The notes under the pieces are model-generated. The model was not told the DNA's origin, made no database searches, and saw nothing but the letters and a program-made list of their open reading frames with translations. 56,301 bases of DNA, from positions 124,001-180,301 of the forward strand of contig NZ_MWQY01000011.1 of the NCBI RefSeq assembly GCF_002087085.1. Reading direction: 5' to 3'. This document shows, one piece after another, positions 40,496 through 50,268 of the stretch (within the stretch, counting starts at the first letter, position 1; each line of letters starts with the position of its first letter). The translations under genes were made by a program, and so were the position numbers.

Positions 40496-41860
40496 TTACA
40501 GCTTGTATTCCATAAACACCGTAGCATTGTAGATCCGCTTGTTCTGATCCGGCAAATAGTCGCGGTCTGTCTTTTTCCAGCTGAGGGTATTTGCCGCTCC
40601 CACCGAGGTTGTTCCGTTCAGCGGGTATTTCCAGGCCAGAGTAGATCTGCTGAATACCAGGTTTCCCTCTGAACCGGAGACCATATTCGGCAGGGTCGTC
40701 ATCAGGTACCCGGCAGTCTGCATGGAGATAGTCCCAGCCCGGGGAAAGTCCCAGCTCATTCGCAGTTTTGATGCTGCCCCCACACCGTAATCCCGTCTTT
40801 CGACTGAATCTTTCGAGGGCTCGGTCTCGAAACGATAAAATGTACTGCTGCCGAAGAGCAGGCAGCCGGCGTGGGCTTTTAGTTTGAATACGCATCCGCT
40901 GCTGGTATACCGCTCATGCTGCATTGTGAAGGTAAGGGAATTTCCGGAAAAATCCATCAGTTTACTGGAGAAGACATCGTAATGCAGATGCAGCCCGCAG
41001 CTGGTCCATGAATGTTCCTGTGGACGGAGACTTGCGGATAACAGTGCCCCATCGGAGATCAGAACGAGGTTGTACCAGTTATACCCGCCTTCAAGGAATA
41101 ACTGAAGATCAAAATGGCTGAATATGGATGAAGCATGGGAGACAAAGGGGTCTCCGTAATTGAGATCAATCCCCAGGCTGCCGGTACCGGTATGATACGA
41201 GTTTCTGTCGCACTTTTCATTGTTTCTGTAATGCTGTGTCTGCACATAGCCCCCACCGAAGGAAAGGGTGGCATTCTGTATCCTGGAATGTGTTGGCCGT
41301 TGCTTTTTTTCACTTACCCAGTCGTTGAAACTGTCCATTGGGCTGATAAAGGTCGCCAGCAGCTGGTTCTCCGTGTATGTATCAAGGTAGATGCGGTGCA
41401 GCATTTCTCCCAAGGAAATCCCTCCAACCGTGGTCACAATCAAATCGTTTACTGCAGCTGTTGCTCTCTCTCCAAAGACTTCCCATGTGTAGCTGCCCAG
41501 GGCTGAAACCAGGCTGGATTCAAAAGCGTTAAGATTATTTGCCCGGGCTGCGGCATAGTATGCATAGCCCTGGTACGGGTGTCCCAGCTGGTTTACCAGA
41601 AACATACTGCGATCCCACTGCCATGGACAGGTAAGGTTGTTGTGTATGCTTTCCATACTGATTTTTGAGAATTCCGTTTGCCCGATGAATCTGTTTACCG
41701 AAAAGAGGGCCAGGTTGCTGAGTAGGGCGTTGCCGACTCCCAGTGTGTAGTTCTTTTCTTCCGAGTAAACCGGTTCTGCACAATTCTCCATTGCATAGAT
41801 GTCGGGTTCTATCGCAACAAGCACTGTCAGACAAATCAAAGAAGTAAGTATTGCTTTCAT
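40496..41860 (-). CDS. DUF3943-like exported/outer-membrane protein
   Basis: Signal peptide; WQWD...NQLGHPYQG..YY.AAR, WE..GE, NDLI.T..GG..LGE; beta-strand-like C-terminus. Confidence 0.82.
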   Translation of the reverse strand: MKAILTSLICLTVLVAIEPDIYAMENCAEPVYSEEKNYTLGVGNALLSNLALFSVNRFIGQTEFSKISMESIHNNLTCPWQWDRSMFLVNQLGHPYQGYAYYAAARANNLNAFESSLVSALGSYTWEVFGERATAAVNDLIVTTVGGISLGEMLHRIYLDTYTENQLLATFISPMDSFNDWVSEKKQRPTHSRIQNATLSFGGGYVQTQHYRNNEKCDRNSYHTGTGSLGIDLNYGDPFVSHASSIFSHFDLQLFLEGGYNWYNLVLISDGALLSASLRPQEHSWTSCGLHLHYDVFSSKLMDFSGNSLTFTMQHERYTSSGCVFKLKAHAGCLLFGSSTFYRFETEPSKDSVERRDYGVGAASKLRMSWDFPRAGTISMQTAGYLMTTLPNMVSGSEGNLVFSRSTLAWKYPLNGTTSVGAANTLSWKKTDRDYLPDQNKRIYNATVFMEYKL

Positions 41861-41986
41861 CAAGCAAAAAAGTAGCCGGCAGACCGTTTTCTGTCAAAGG
41901 GTATGGTCGCCGATTATCATTATAACCTGAATCCCCGTCCGTCTGTACTCTCTGACTGCATCCACGGCCCGGCATCCGTGGCTTCG

Positions 41987-43372
41987 TTATTTCGGCGCCT
42001 TGTCCAGGGGAATCCCCGGCTCATCCTCCGTCAGGTTGTTGATCCACTTGTCGCTGATGGTGCGGTAGATCCCGATTACCGATTTGATGATCTCCTCGGA
42101 ACTTGCCAGCAGGAATACCAGCCAGACCGGCCATTGAAGAATGAGCCCGCTTGTTATCGCCAGGGGTATACCGATGAGCCAGACTCCTCCCACATCCAGG
42201 GCCATGCTGAAACGGGTGTCCCCGCCGCCGCGGAAGATCCCGACTATCTGTATAATCGACAGGGCCTTGAAGGGAAAGACCAGGGCGATGATGAGCAGGA
42301 ACTGGATTATGTATCGGGAGGTTACAGGGCTGACGCTGAACATCTGCGGGACCAGGGGCGATACTGCAGCCAGTACCGTACCGGTACATATCGCGGTCAT
42401 TGGGCTCAGCAGGGAGAACTGACCCGCAAGGCGCCGTGCGCTCTGTTCATTCCCGGAGCCGATGGCGTTGCCGATCATAATATGCGCCCCGTTTCCCATC
42501 CCGACAAAGAGCACCATAAGCATTCTGAAAACAGTATCGGCAATGTTCCGCGCAGCAATGGCCTCGGTACCGATGCGGGCGAAGACGGAGTTCAGAACCA
42601 CCATGCCTGTGGACCAGCCGATTTCGTTGAACACCACCGGCAGGGAGGTTCTCCGGATCCGCCTGATAAGGGGCATGTTCCAGTCGATAAGCTCTTTCAG
42701 GGGTGCCGCGGAGGGCCGTTCGCGACGGTAGCTCAATACTATGATAATGCAGGTCTCCAGCGCCCGGGCAATCAGTGTGCCCAGGGCGGCTCCCCGGACA
42801 CCCAGGGCGGGGAAGCCGAACATACCGAAGATCAGGACCGCGTTGAGGACGACGTTTGTAGAGAGGGCGGCGGCGGCGGCGTTGAAGGGAATCCGGGTAA
42901 AACCGCAGGAACGCAGAACCATGACGAAGCTGAAGGTGATCGCCGTCAGGGGATAGGAAAAAGCCACGATCCGCAGATACTGGGCACCCTCCCGGATAAC
43001 GGCCGTGTCGGTGGTCAACAGCCCGATCAGCCCTTCCGGTACCGCCACTGCGGTAACACTTACAATTAGACAGGCGCAGAAACTGACAAGCAGGGTCAGT
43101 CCCTGTATTCGGTGAATGGTTGCAAGATCCCTTTTTCCCCAGAACTGGCTGACGAAGATTCCCGCCCCGGAGGTTACGCCGAAAAGAAGCATCATGACCA
43201 GGAAATAGACCTGATTGCCCAGGGCGACGGCGGCAATGCTGCTTTCTCCCAGCCGGCCGATCATGAAGTTGTCGATCAGGTTGACCGAGGACAGAAGAAA
43301 GCTCTGGGCCGCGATGGGGAGAGCAAGAGAGACAAGGGATGCTAAAAATTTACGATCCGGTCGTATGTTCAT
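41987..43372 (-). CDS. MATE family efflux transporter
   Basis: LALPIA, DNFMIGRLG, SQFWG, LGVRGAA, RGGGDT; about 12 TM. Confidence 0.93.
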   Translation of the reverse strand: MNIRPDRKFLASLVSLALPIAAQSFLLSSVNLIDNFMIGRLGESSIAAVALGNQVYFLVMMLLFGVTSGAGIFVSQFWGKRDLATIHRIQGLTLLVSFCACLIVSVTAVAVPEGLIGLLTTDTAVIREGAQYLRIVAFSYPLTAITFSFVMVLRSCGFTRIPFNAAAAALSTNVVLNAVLIFGMFGFPALGVRGAALGTLIARALETCIIIVLSYRRERPSAAPLKELIDWNMPLIRRIRRTSLPVVFNEIGWSTGMVVLNSVFARIGTEAIAARNIADTVFRMLMVLFVGMGNGAHIMIGNAIGSGNEQSARRLAGQFSLLSPMTAICTGTVLAAVSPLVPQMFSVSPVTSRYIIQFLLIIALVFPFKALSIIQIVGIFRGGGDTRFSMALDVGGVWLIGIPLAITSGLILQWPVWLVFLLASSEEIIKSVIGIYRTISDKWINNLTEDEPGIPLDKAPK

Positions 43373-43387
43373 GAGCTGCAATTCATA

Positions 43388-44248
43388 TCACACTTTTCTA
43401 TCTTTATACAGATCAGACAGGATCACTCCTGCTATTACCAGCCCTGCGCCGGCCCATTCCGGGGGGGTGAAAAACTCCGCGAGAAAGATCATGGCGAACA
43501 GGACGGCAAATACCGGTTCCATGGCATAGATTATGACCGCCTTTACCGGGGTGACGTAGCGCTGATACAGGTTCATGAGCAGCAGGCAGATGAAGCTGCC
43601 GAAGAAGGAGAGATAGAAAAGGGACCAGACAAGATTCGCGTCCAGTATAAGCGGGCCCGATTCGATGATACCGGAAAGGATGAAGCTGAACACTGCCGTC
43701 AGGGCGAACTGCAGAAAGGTCAGGACCGGGACGCTTCCGTGACGTCCGTAGCGATCGAGAAAGATAATAAAAAAGGCGTAGGAGACGGCGCTGCCGAAGG
43801 CCAGTATGTCCCCGAGGTTAACGCCACCTTCGGAAGGCAGATTCAGAAGCACGAGGCCGCCTACAACAATGACAAGACCGAAGATGTTTCCCCGGCTCAA
43901 GGGCTTGCCGGTAAAGGGTATCTGCAGAAATGGAACGATCAGGGCAAAGAAGTAGGTTATAAGTGCCGATTTCCCTGCGGTGGTATAGACCAGGCTCGCG
44001 TTCTGAAAGGCATAGCCGGTGAACATCAGAACCCCCAGTACGAGACCGCGTTTGAATATGGCGGGGGTAATCTTTTTCAGCTCCCGGTAGCAGATTGGCA
44101 GCAGCAGCAGAGCCGCTATCAGAAATCGAAGACCCAGAAAAAAGACCGGTGGCGCGGAACGCAGTCCCTGTTTTGTGGCGATAAAGGTCGCCCCCCACAG
44201 GAGGGTCACAAAGAGAAGAACGAGTTCGGCCTTGCGGTTTTGCTGCAT
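43388..44248 (-). CDS. DMT/EamA transporter
   Basis: LLWGATF, RFLIA, TTAGKSA, EPVFA; 10 TM. Confidence 0.92.
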   Translation of the reverse strand: MQQNRKAELVLLFVTLLWGATFIATKQGLRSAPPVFFLGLRFLIAALLLLPICYRELKKITPAIFKRGLVLGVLMFTGYAFQNASLVYTTAGKSALITYFFALIVPFLQIPFTGKPLSRGNIFGLVIVVGGLVLLNLPSEGGVNLGDILAFGSAVSYAFFIIFLDRYGRHGSVPVLTFLQFALTAVFSFILSGIIESGPLILDANLVWSLFYLSFFGSFICLLLMNLYQRYVTPVKAVIIYAMEPVFAVLFAMIFLAEFFTPPEWAGAGLVIAGVILSDLYKDRKV

Positions 44249-44302
44249 GGCTAGCAAGCTACACCGGGGGGATAATCTTTGGCAAGCAAAACGCCTGATT
44301 AT

Positions 44303-45226
44303 CTACCCGGCGTGTTTTTTCTCCCGCCTGAGAATGGTAACCGAATACGCTCCCCCTATCAGGAGCAGTCCGCCGAGAATCTGCTGCGGGCTCAGACGTT
44401 CCCCGAAAATCAGAAAGGAAAAGACCGCGGCAAAGAAGGGCCGGGTCAGCTGCAGAATGTTGGACAGTGAGACCCCCAGATGGGGTACGGAACGGTAAAA
44501 GAGGGAGTGCCCCAGGCCGATACCGATGAGTCCGGAGAGAATCATGACGGTCCACATGCTGAAGGAGGCCTGAAACTGTACCTGGGGTCCCTCAATCAGC
44601 AGATGGCTGGCCAGGAAGAGGGGGGTGACAAAGGTAAATACCGCCGCGTTCACAAAATAGGGGGAAAATCCGGGGAGCCAGGCCCGTACCATGGTGGTAA
44701 GCCCCGCCCAGGAGAGGGCTGCCGCCAGTACAAGAATCACCCCGGTAAGGGGCGCACTGCTGCCTCCGGATCCCGGCGACACAGTAAGCAGCACCCCTGC
44801 CGCTGCCGCGGCCAGTCCCGTGTAGAAGAGGGGGCGCTTTAACAGGGACCTCTCGTCGGCAAAAAAGAGGAAACCCAGAAGCACGCTGAAGATTGCCGCC
44901 GACTGGTAGATCAGCATGGCCAGACCAGGGTAAAGGATGTACAGCGCCCCGGTATAGGCGGCCTGGAATCCGAAATTCATCAGGGCTATAAGGGCCATTC
45001 TGGGCAGGAGATGCGCCAGATTCGCCCCCACGTGCCTGCGCTCTTCCAGCGGGGCAGCTGAAAAGAAGAGGGGCCACAAAACCATGAGGGAGGCCAGGTA
45101 GCGGGCGAAGGACTGAAACATCACGGGGAATCCCGCGCTTACATAGCGGATCATCACCGAGGTAGATGCCCAGACCACCGAGGCGCTGAGATTGAGTATG
45201 ATTGCCCTGCGATAGGATGACTGCAC
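44303..45226 (-). CDS. DMT/EamA transporter
   Basis: GTG start with AGGAG SD; 10 TM with EamA duplication, GERLS..QILGG. Confidence 0.88.
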   Translation of the reverse strand: MQSSYRRAIILNLSASVVWASTSVMIRYVSAGFPVMFQSFARYLASLMVLWPLFFSAAPLEERRHVGANLAHLLPRMALIALMNFGFQAAYTGALYILYPGLAMLIYQSAAIFSVLLGFLFFADERSLLKRPLFYTGLAAAAAGVLLTVSPGSGGSSAPLTGVILVLAAALSWAGLTTMVRAWLPGFSPYFVNAAVFTFVTPLFLASHLLIEGPQVQFQASFSMWTVMILSGLIGIGLGHSLFYRSVPHLGVSLSNILQLTRPFFAAVFSFLIFGERLSPQQILGGLLLIGGAYSVTILRREKKHAG

Positions 45227-45313
45227 TGTACTGCTCCTGTTTAAAATGGATGATCCATGACAGAGGCCGAATTTAACATAAAATCTATAAAAGTGTTTAG
45301 CCAAAGCGGGCCC

Positions 45314-45348
45314 AATCGTGTATGATAGCAGACAGATTGTACACGATT
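45314..45348. promoter_or_regulatory. Inverted repeat AATCGTGTA-N17-TACACGATT overlapping a TATGAT -10, candidate operator
   Basis: Perfect 9-bp arms in the divergent DMT/aldolase spacer. Confidence 0.55.
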
Positions 45349-45374
45349 TTACTGCTTTGAAGGAGTTATCAGCA

Positions 45375-46121
45375 ATGAAAAATCAGTTGAAGAGAACATT
45401 GGCATCAGGAAAGCATGCCCTGGGCGCCTGGGTTACTATACCGAGTGCGGATGTTTCCGAAGCTATGTCTACCCTGGATCTCGACTGGCTGCTCTTTGAT
45501 CTCGAGCATTCCGGATTGAACGAACAGTCCGCCCAGGTCCTGATGCAGGGAATGCGGGGCGACCGCGTAACCCCCCTTATCAGGGTTGCCTGGAATGATC
45601 CGGTGCTGATAAAAAAGGCCCTGGATATTGGCGCTCATGGGGTCATCGTTCCCATGGTGAATACGAAAGAAGATGCCCTCAAGGCGGTGCAGGCCTGTAC
45701 CTATCCGCCCAAGGGAATCCGGGGTTGCGGCCCCAAGCGACCGTGGATTTACGACCCGGATTATATCGCCACGGCGGATGAAGAGGTCCTGGTTATTCCG
45801 CAGATCGAGACCGAGGAAGCGGTGAACAATGCGGATGAGATCTTCGCCGTAGAAGGGGTGGACGTCTGTTTTGTCGGCCCCTTTGACCTGTCGATTTCCA
45901 TGGGCTTCAAAGGTAAACAGGATGATCCGAAGTTTCAGGCAGCAGTGGACAAGGTGCTGGAGGCGGCGAAGCGCCACAATGTGGTTCCGGGAATGTGGCT
46001 CGGCGCCGGGAGGCCGGTTACCGAACGTCTCAAGGCCGGATGGAAGTTTATCTCCATAGGGCTCGATCTGAACCTGCTGGTGGACGGGACGAAGGCGGCT
46101 TTGAAAAAAGCTCTGGATTAA
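45375..46121 (+). CDS. HpcH/HpaI (GarL-like) class II aldolase
   Basis: DLEHS, LDIGAHG, PKGIRG, QIET, FVGPFDLS. Confidence 0.93.
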   Translation: MKNQLKRTLASGKHALGAWVTIPSADVSEAMSTLDLDWLLFDLEHSGLNEQSAQVLMQGMRGDRVTPLIRVAWNDPVLIKKALDIGAHGVIVPMVNTKEDALKAVQACTYPPKGIRGCGPKRPWIYDPDYIATADEEVLVIPQIETEEAVNNADEIFAVEGVDVCFVGPFDLSISMGFKGKQDDPKFQAAVDKVLEAAKRHNVVPGMWLGAGRPVTERLKAGWKFISIGLDLNLLVDGTKAALKKALD

Positions 46122-46132
46122 AGGGAGGAGCT

Positions 46133-46738
46133 GTGAGCAGGGAGCGCTGGAATGAACGACACCGGGAAAGGTCTTCGAAAAGTCCTTTGCCGCCGAATGT
46201 GCATCTTGAAAAACTCGTCGCCCATCTTGAGGCCGGCACGGCCCTGGACCTGGCTGCAGGAGACGGGAGGAACGCACTCTTTCTTTCCCGGAAAGGCTGG
46301 AAGGTGACGGCTGTGGATTTTTCGGAGGTCGGAATTGAGTGGGGCAGGGCTTTTGCCGAAGATGAGGGCCTGTCCGTTGACTGGCTGATCCGGGATCTGA
46401 ACGAATATGTTCCACCCTGCAAGAGCTTTGATCTGGTATGTCTCTTCTATCTTCATGTCCCCGGGGATCAGCTCGCAGGTGTCCTTAAAAAAGCTGCCGC
46501 CGCCGTTAAACCCGGCGGCAGCCTGCTGATCGTCGGTCATGACCGAACTAACATCACCCAGGGGGCGGGGGGACCGCAGATCCCGGATATTCTGTATACG
46601 CCGGAAGAGATCTCAGCTCTGCTGCCGGGCATGTCAGTCGGCTATGCAAACCGGGAGAGTTGTCCCGCCGATCATGGCGGACTACCCCCCGGGACTGTTC
46701 AAATCGACTGTGTGGTGAGGGCTACTTGCCCCCTTTAA
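46133..46738 (+). CDS. Class I SAM-dependent methyltransferase (TehB-like)
   Basis: GTG start with GGAGG SD; WNERH, ALDLAAGDGRNA, VTAVDFS. Confidence 0.9.
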   Translation: MSRERWNERHRERSSKSPLPPNVHLEKLVAHLEAGTALDLAAGDGRNALFLSRKGWKVTAVDFSEVGIEWGRAFAEDEGLSVDWLIRDLNEYVPPCKSFDLVCLFYLHVPGDQLAGVLKKAAAAVKPGGSLLIVGHDRTNITQGAGGPQIPDILYTPEEISALLPGMSVGYANRESCPADHGGLPPGTVQIDCVVRATCPL

Positions 46739-46988
46739 GGATGTCCCTCTTCTCCAGGTACTCCTCCCGGCTTATCTCTCCGTTGACATAGCGTTTCTGC
46801 AGGGTGTCCAGGGGAGTCTCCCTGCCTGCATCGTTGCCGGAGCGCAACGGGCCGTTGATCCTGAAAAGAAAATAGGCGACGACAATTAACAGAATAAGTC
46901 CGATTCCCATGCTTATAATACCTCCGTAGGGGAAATTTCCGAAGGGGAAGAACCCGTTGCAGATTCCGTTTCCGTATCCGTACATCAT
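46722..46988 (-). CDS. Small membrane protein with SHOCT domain
   Basis: One TM helix and LQKRYVNGEISREEYLEK; AGGAGG SD. Confidence 0.9.
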   Translation of the reverse strand: MMYGYGNGICNGFFPFGNFPYGGIISMGIGLILLIVVAYFLFRINGPLRSGNDAGRETPLDTLQKRYVNGEISREEYLEKRDILKGGK

Positions 46989-47038
46989 GGCTGTAACCTC
47001 CTGTAATATTTCTTACAATAAAGATAATAAATCAGAGA

Positions 47039-47055
47039 TGTGAACAAATTGTGAA
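47039..47055 (-). promoter_or_regulatory. Direct repeat TTCACA-N5-TTCACA (OmpR/PhoB-family type box) upstream of the SHOCT gene
   Basis: Perfect hexamer repeat with 11-bp period at the -35 position. Confidence 0.55.
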
Positions 47056-47100
47056 AACCGGAGGATTTTTTAAAAGAGGTGCCCAGGGGAAGCGGACGTT

Positions 47101-47451
47101 CTATAGCTCGATATGGAAGTACCGCAGGATGCCGGTCAGCAGAAGGTAACTCAGGGCGGTTACTGCACAGGCAATGCTTATGCTGATCCAGAAGGGGATG
47201 TTTCTGCGCAGCAGCAGGGGAAACACGACAAAGAAAAGAAGAGACGGGATTACCAGCCAGAAAATGGATGATGAGAGCGCCGCAATCTTTTGGGATTCCA
47301 CCTTCTCAACCCGCATCCAGATCAGGGCCAGCAGGGAGGTCAGCGGCAGGGATGCAATAAGTGCCCCGACAAGGGAGCTCCGCTTGGCAATTTCCGAAAC
47401 CAGGACAACGATCAGCGCCGATATCAGTACCTTCAGCAGGTAGTACACCAT
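47101..47451 (-). CDS. DUF3147-like small membrane protein
   Basis: VSEIAKRS..GALIASLPLTS, IFWLVIPSL. Confidence 0.82.
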   Translation of the reverse strand: MVYYLLKVLISALIVVLVSEIAKRSSLVGALIASLPLTSLLALIWMRVEKVESQKIAALSSSIFWLVIPSLLFFVVFPLLLRRNIPFWISISIACAVTALSYLLLTGILRYFHIEL

Positions 47452-47465
47452 TTTAGATCTCTCCT

Positions 47466-47846
47466 TTAGCGGGAAATATCCACCATGTCATAAAAAATGA
47501 CCGCCAGGAGTCCTGTCCAGCCTACAAAGTGGAACAGTACGTTCCCCATGGGATCCAGACTTGATTCGATGGTATTGAGTACGGCGCTGATAAGAAAAAC
47601 GCTGCTTATGAGCATCAGGACCCCAAGGACATGGGAGGCGACATACATTATTCTGTTATCCTGTTCCCGGTAACTGACGGAGATCCAGAGCTGCATCAGT
47701 GTGGCCCAGATCACCGGAATGGCAACGAAGAAGAGCAGCAGGTTGTTTTCCGAGGGGAGCTGAAAATCGAGGCTGAATTCAAAGTACCAGACGCCGAAAA
47801 CAGCGATAGTCATATCCCGGATAAAAATAAACAGGGTCTTGTTCAT
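47466..47846 (-). CDS. Hypothetical 4-TM membrane protein
   Basis: Four hydrophobic segments; 14 nt upstream of the DUF3147-like gene. Confidence 0.7.
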   Translation of the reverse strand: MNKTLFIFIRDMTIAVFGVWYFEFSLDFQLPSENNLLLFFVAIPVIWATLMQLWISVSYREQDNRIMYVASHVLGVLMLISSVFLISAVLNTIESSLDPMGNVLFHFVGWTGLLAVIFYDMVDISR

Positions 47847-47913
47847 AGATGTTTTACTATACGCGGTTCAGGCTGATTCTGAAAGGGGGATAAAACACCT
47901 ATACCGAATAAAA

Positions 47914-47967
47914 ATACACGAATCTTAATTCACGTATATTGACACATGTAAAATAGATCGTTATTGT
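47914..47967 (+). promoter_or_regulatory. sigma70 promoter TTGACA-N17-TATTGT with adjacent imperfect palindrome ATACACGAAT-N4-ATTCACGTAT
   Basis: -35 at 47939-47944, -10 at 47962-47967; palindrome at 47914-47937. Confidence 0.65.
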
Positions 47968-47995
47968 GAGGCAGGTAAGTCTGAAGGAGAAGGAT

Positions 47996-48295
47996 ATGGG
48001 GCAGAACAGATCAGGATCATGGACTTTTTTGACGAACCACTCGCATGTACTGCTCTGTCTTCTGCGGGACCCCTCGGTGCGTATTCGTGATATTGCCCGG
48101 GAAGTTGATATAACCGAGCGTGCTGTTCAGCGCATAATCGCTGATCTGGATGAATCCGGATATATCGAGCGGATACGGGATGGACGCAACAACACCTACA
48201 GGGTTTTTACCGACCTTCACCTCAGGCACCCCATCGAAAAACACAGGACCATATCCGATCTTGTGAAGATGGTTTTCGGAGAATCCTCTCAATAG
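47996..48295 (+). CDS. Winged helix-turn-helix transcriptional regulator
   Basis: WTFLTNH.HVL, RDIA..VDITERAVQRII.DL, GRNNTY, LRHP.E. Confidence 0.9.
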   Translation: MGQNRSGSWTFLTNHSHVLLCLLRDPSVRIRDIAREVDITERAVQRIIADLDESGYIERIRDGRNNTYRVFTDLHLRHPIEKHRTISDLVKMVFGESSQ

Positions 48296-48307
48296 GAGTA
48301 TCCTTCA

Positions 48308-50188
48308 GTGGACAGACGATTTCTTGAGAATCTCAGCTTACCCCGGGAGGCCCGGGATCTGCTTGAGAAGGCCCCTGCGGTGCAGGTCGCCTCTACAATT
48401 GAAGAACTCGAAGCCCTGGCCTGCGGCGGGCCGGAAAACCGTGAATGGAAGGTCTCGTACACCCTTCCCGACGGACGGGAGATGCACGAATTGGATATTA
48501 TGCGGGTCAGGAACGGTGTGAGCGCCAATTATGCGGATCCCTACATGCGTAGACGGGATCCTGACTGCATGCTCATTGCCGACAAGAAACCTTCGGATAA
48601 GCCCGGCTTTGAAGAACGTTTTGGATACTCCTTTGAGATTCTGCGGGACGAGACCTTTACCTGGCTGGCGGGACAGGAGCTGGCGGTATTTGCTTTTGAG
48701 ATGGGACAGCCGGGAATCGGCGGCGAAGCGCTGGCGATCTGTCCTGCCAATGCCGGGTTTTTCGCCTTTGGTCTCGGTCTGCTTCAGGGGGTTGTGGATA
48801 TTAGCGGCAGAAAAGAACCTTTTGAAGCTTCGCTGATTATCTATGTGGCTCCGCCCTTCCGGCACACCCATTTTGACGGTAAGCAGGTGGTGGTGCACAA
48901 ACGCAGCGACATCCATGAGATATTCTCCTTCAACCTCTATCCGGGCCCGAGTGCCAAGAAGGGTGTATATGGAGCCCTGATAAACAAGGGTGTCGATGAG
49001 GAGTGGGTCACCGCCCACTGTTCCACCGTTCAGGTAATAACTCCCTATGACAACGTCGTTACCTTTATGCACGAAGGGGCTTCCGGAGGCGGCAAGAGCG
49101 AAATGCTGCAGCAGCCCCACAGATATCCCGACGGACGACTTCTTCTGGGCAGGAATGTGAAAAGCGGCGAGGAACGTTTTGTCGAAATCCAGCGTACCTG
49201 CGATCTCCATGCGGTCTGCGACGATATGGGGCTCTGTCATCCCGATTATCAGGAGAAGAACGGCAAGCTCTGGCTCAAGGACGCGGAGGAGGGCTGGTTT
49301 GTCCGGGTCAACCATATCGAGAAGTACGGAACGGATCACGATCTTGAAGGTCTTACCATTGCTCCGCCCCGATCCCTTCTGTTTCTGAATATAGATACTG
49401 TGCCGGGAGGGACCGCCCTGATCTGGGACCATATCTATGATGACCCTGTTACACCCTGTCCGAACCCCCGGGTCATAATCCCCCGGGATATTATCCCCGG
49501 AGTCGTTGACGATAAGGTTACCGTGGATATCCGCTCCTTCGGGGTCCGGACTCCTCCCTGTACGGCGGAACAGCCGAGCTATGGTATACTGGGAATCCTG
49601 CATATACTGCCTCCGGCTCTGGCCTGGCTCTGGCGGCTCGCATCTCCCCGGGGATATGCAAACCCGAGTATTGTGGAAAGCGCGGGCATGAGCAGTGAAG
49701 GGGTCGGCAGCTATTGGCCCTTTGCCACCGGCAGGAGGGTTGATCAGGCGAACCTGCTGCTCAATCAGTTCAGGGATTCCTCCCGGACCCGCTATATTCT
49801 GGTTCCCAATCAGCATATCGGCGCCTGGGAAACCGGTTTCATGCCTCAGTGGCTGGCCCGGGATTACCTTGCCAGGCGGGGACATGCGCGCTTTCATTCC
49901 GACCAGCTGGTGGATTCCAGATGTTCCCTGCTGGGATATTCCCTGCAGTCTATGAGGATCGAAGGGATCACGATTCCCAAGTGATTCCTCCAGGTGGATA
50001 CCCAGCCGGAAATAGGCCCCGAGGCCTATGACAGGGGCGCTGATATACTCAAGAGCTTTTTCCATGATCAGGTTGGGAAATTCCAGCACCCCGAGCTGGA
50101 TCCCCTGGGAAAAGAGATTATCGATTGCTGCCTTTCCGGAGGCAGTGTGGCGGATTATAACAGTCTTCTGGCGTCTGAGGACTTCTGA
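48308..50188 (+). pseudogene. DUF4914-like protein interrupted by an in-frame TGA at 49982-49984
   Basis: YMRRRDPDC, NLYPGPSAKKG, HEGASGGGKSE P-loop, SEGVGSYWPF. The same frame continues (FLQVDTQPEIGPEAYDRGA...) to a stop at 50186-50188. Confidence 0.75.
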
Positions 50189-50212
50189 TCCCAACACTGC
50201 ACATCATACAGA

Positions 50213-50244
50213 AACAGCCCCTCCCTTTCCCGGGAGGGGCTGTT
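50213..50244. terminator. Hairpin between convergent genes (probable bidirectional terminator)
   Basis: AACAGCCCCTCCC-loop-GGGAGGGGCTGTT, 13-bp perfect stem. Confidence 0.8.
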
Positions 50245-50268
50245 GCACATGGCGGTTGAATCGATGAT

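Noticed and set aside
49982..49984. Genome-wide UGA reassignment (code 4/25)
   Set aside because: Many well-defined genes here terminate at TGA (MCP, nth, ispF, aroF-pheA, leuS).
48338..50197. 619-aa minus-strand ORF spanning the TGA-broken gene
   Set aside because: Antisense shadow caused by codon bias. The plus strand carries the conserved motifs, SD and operon context.
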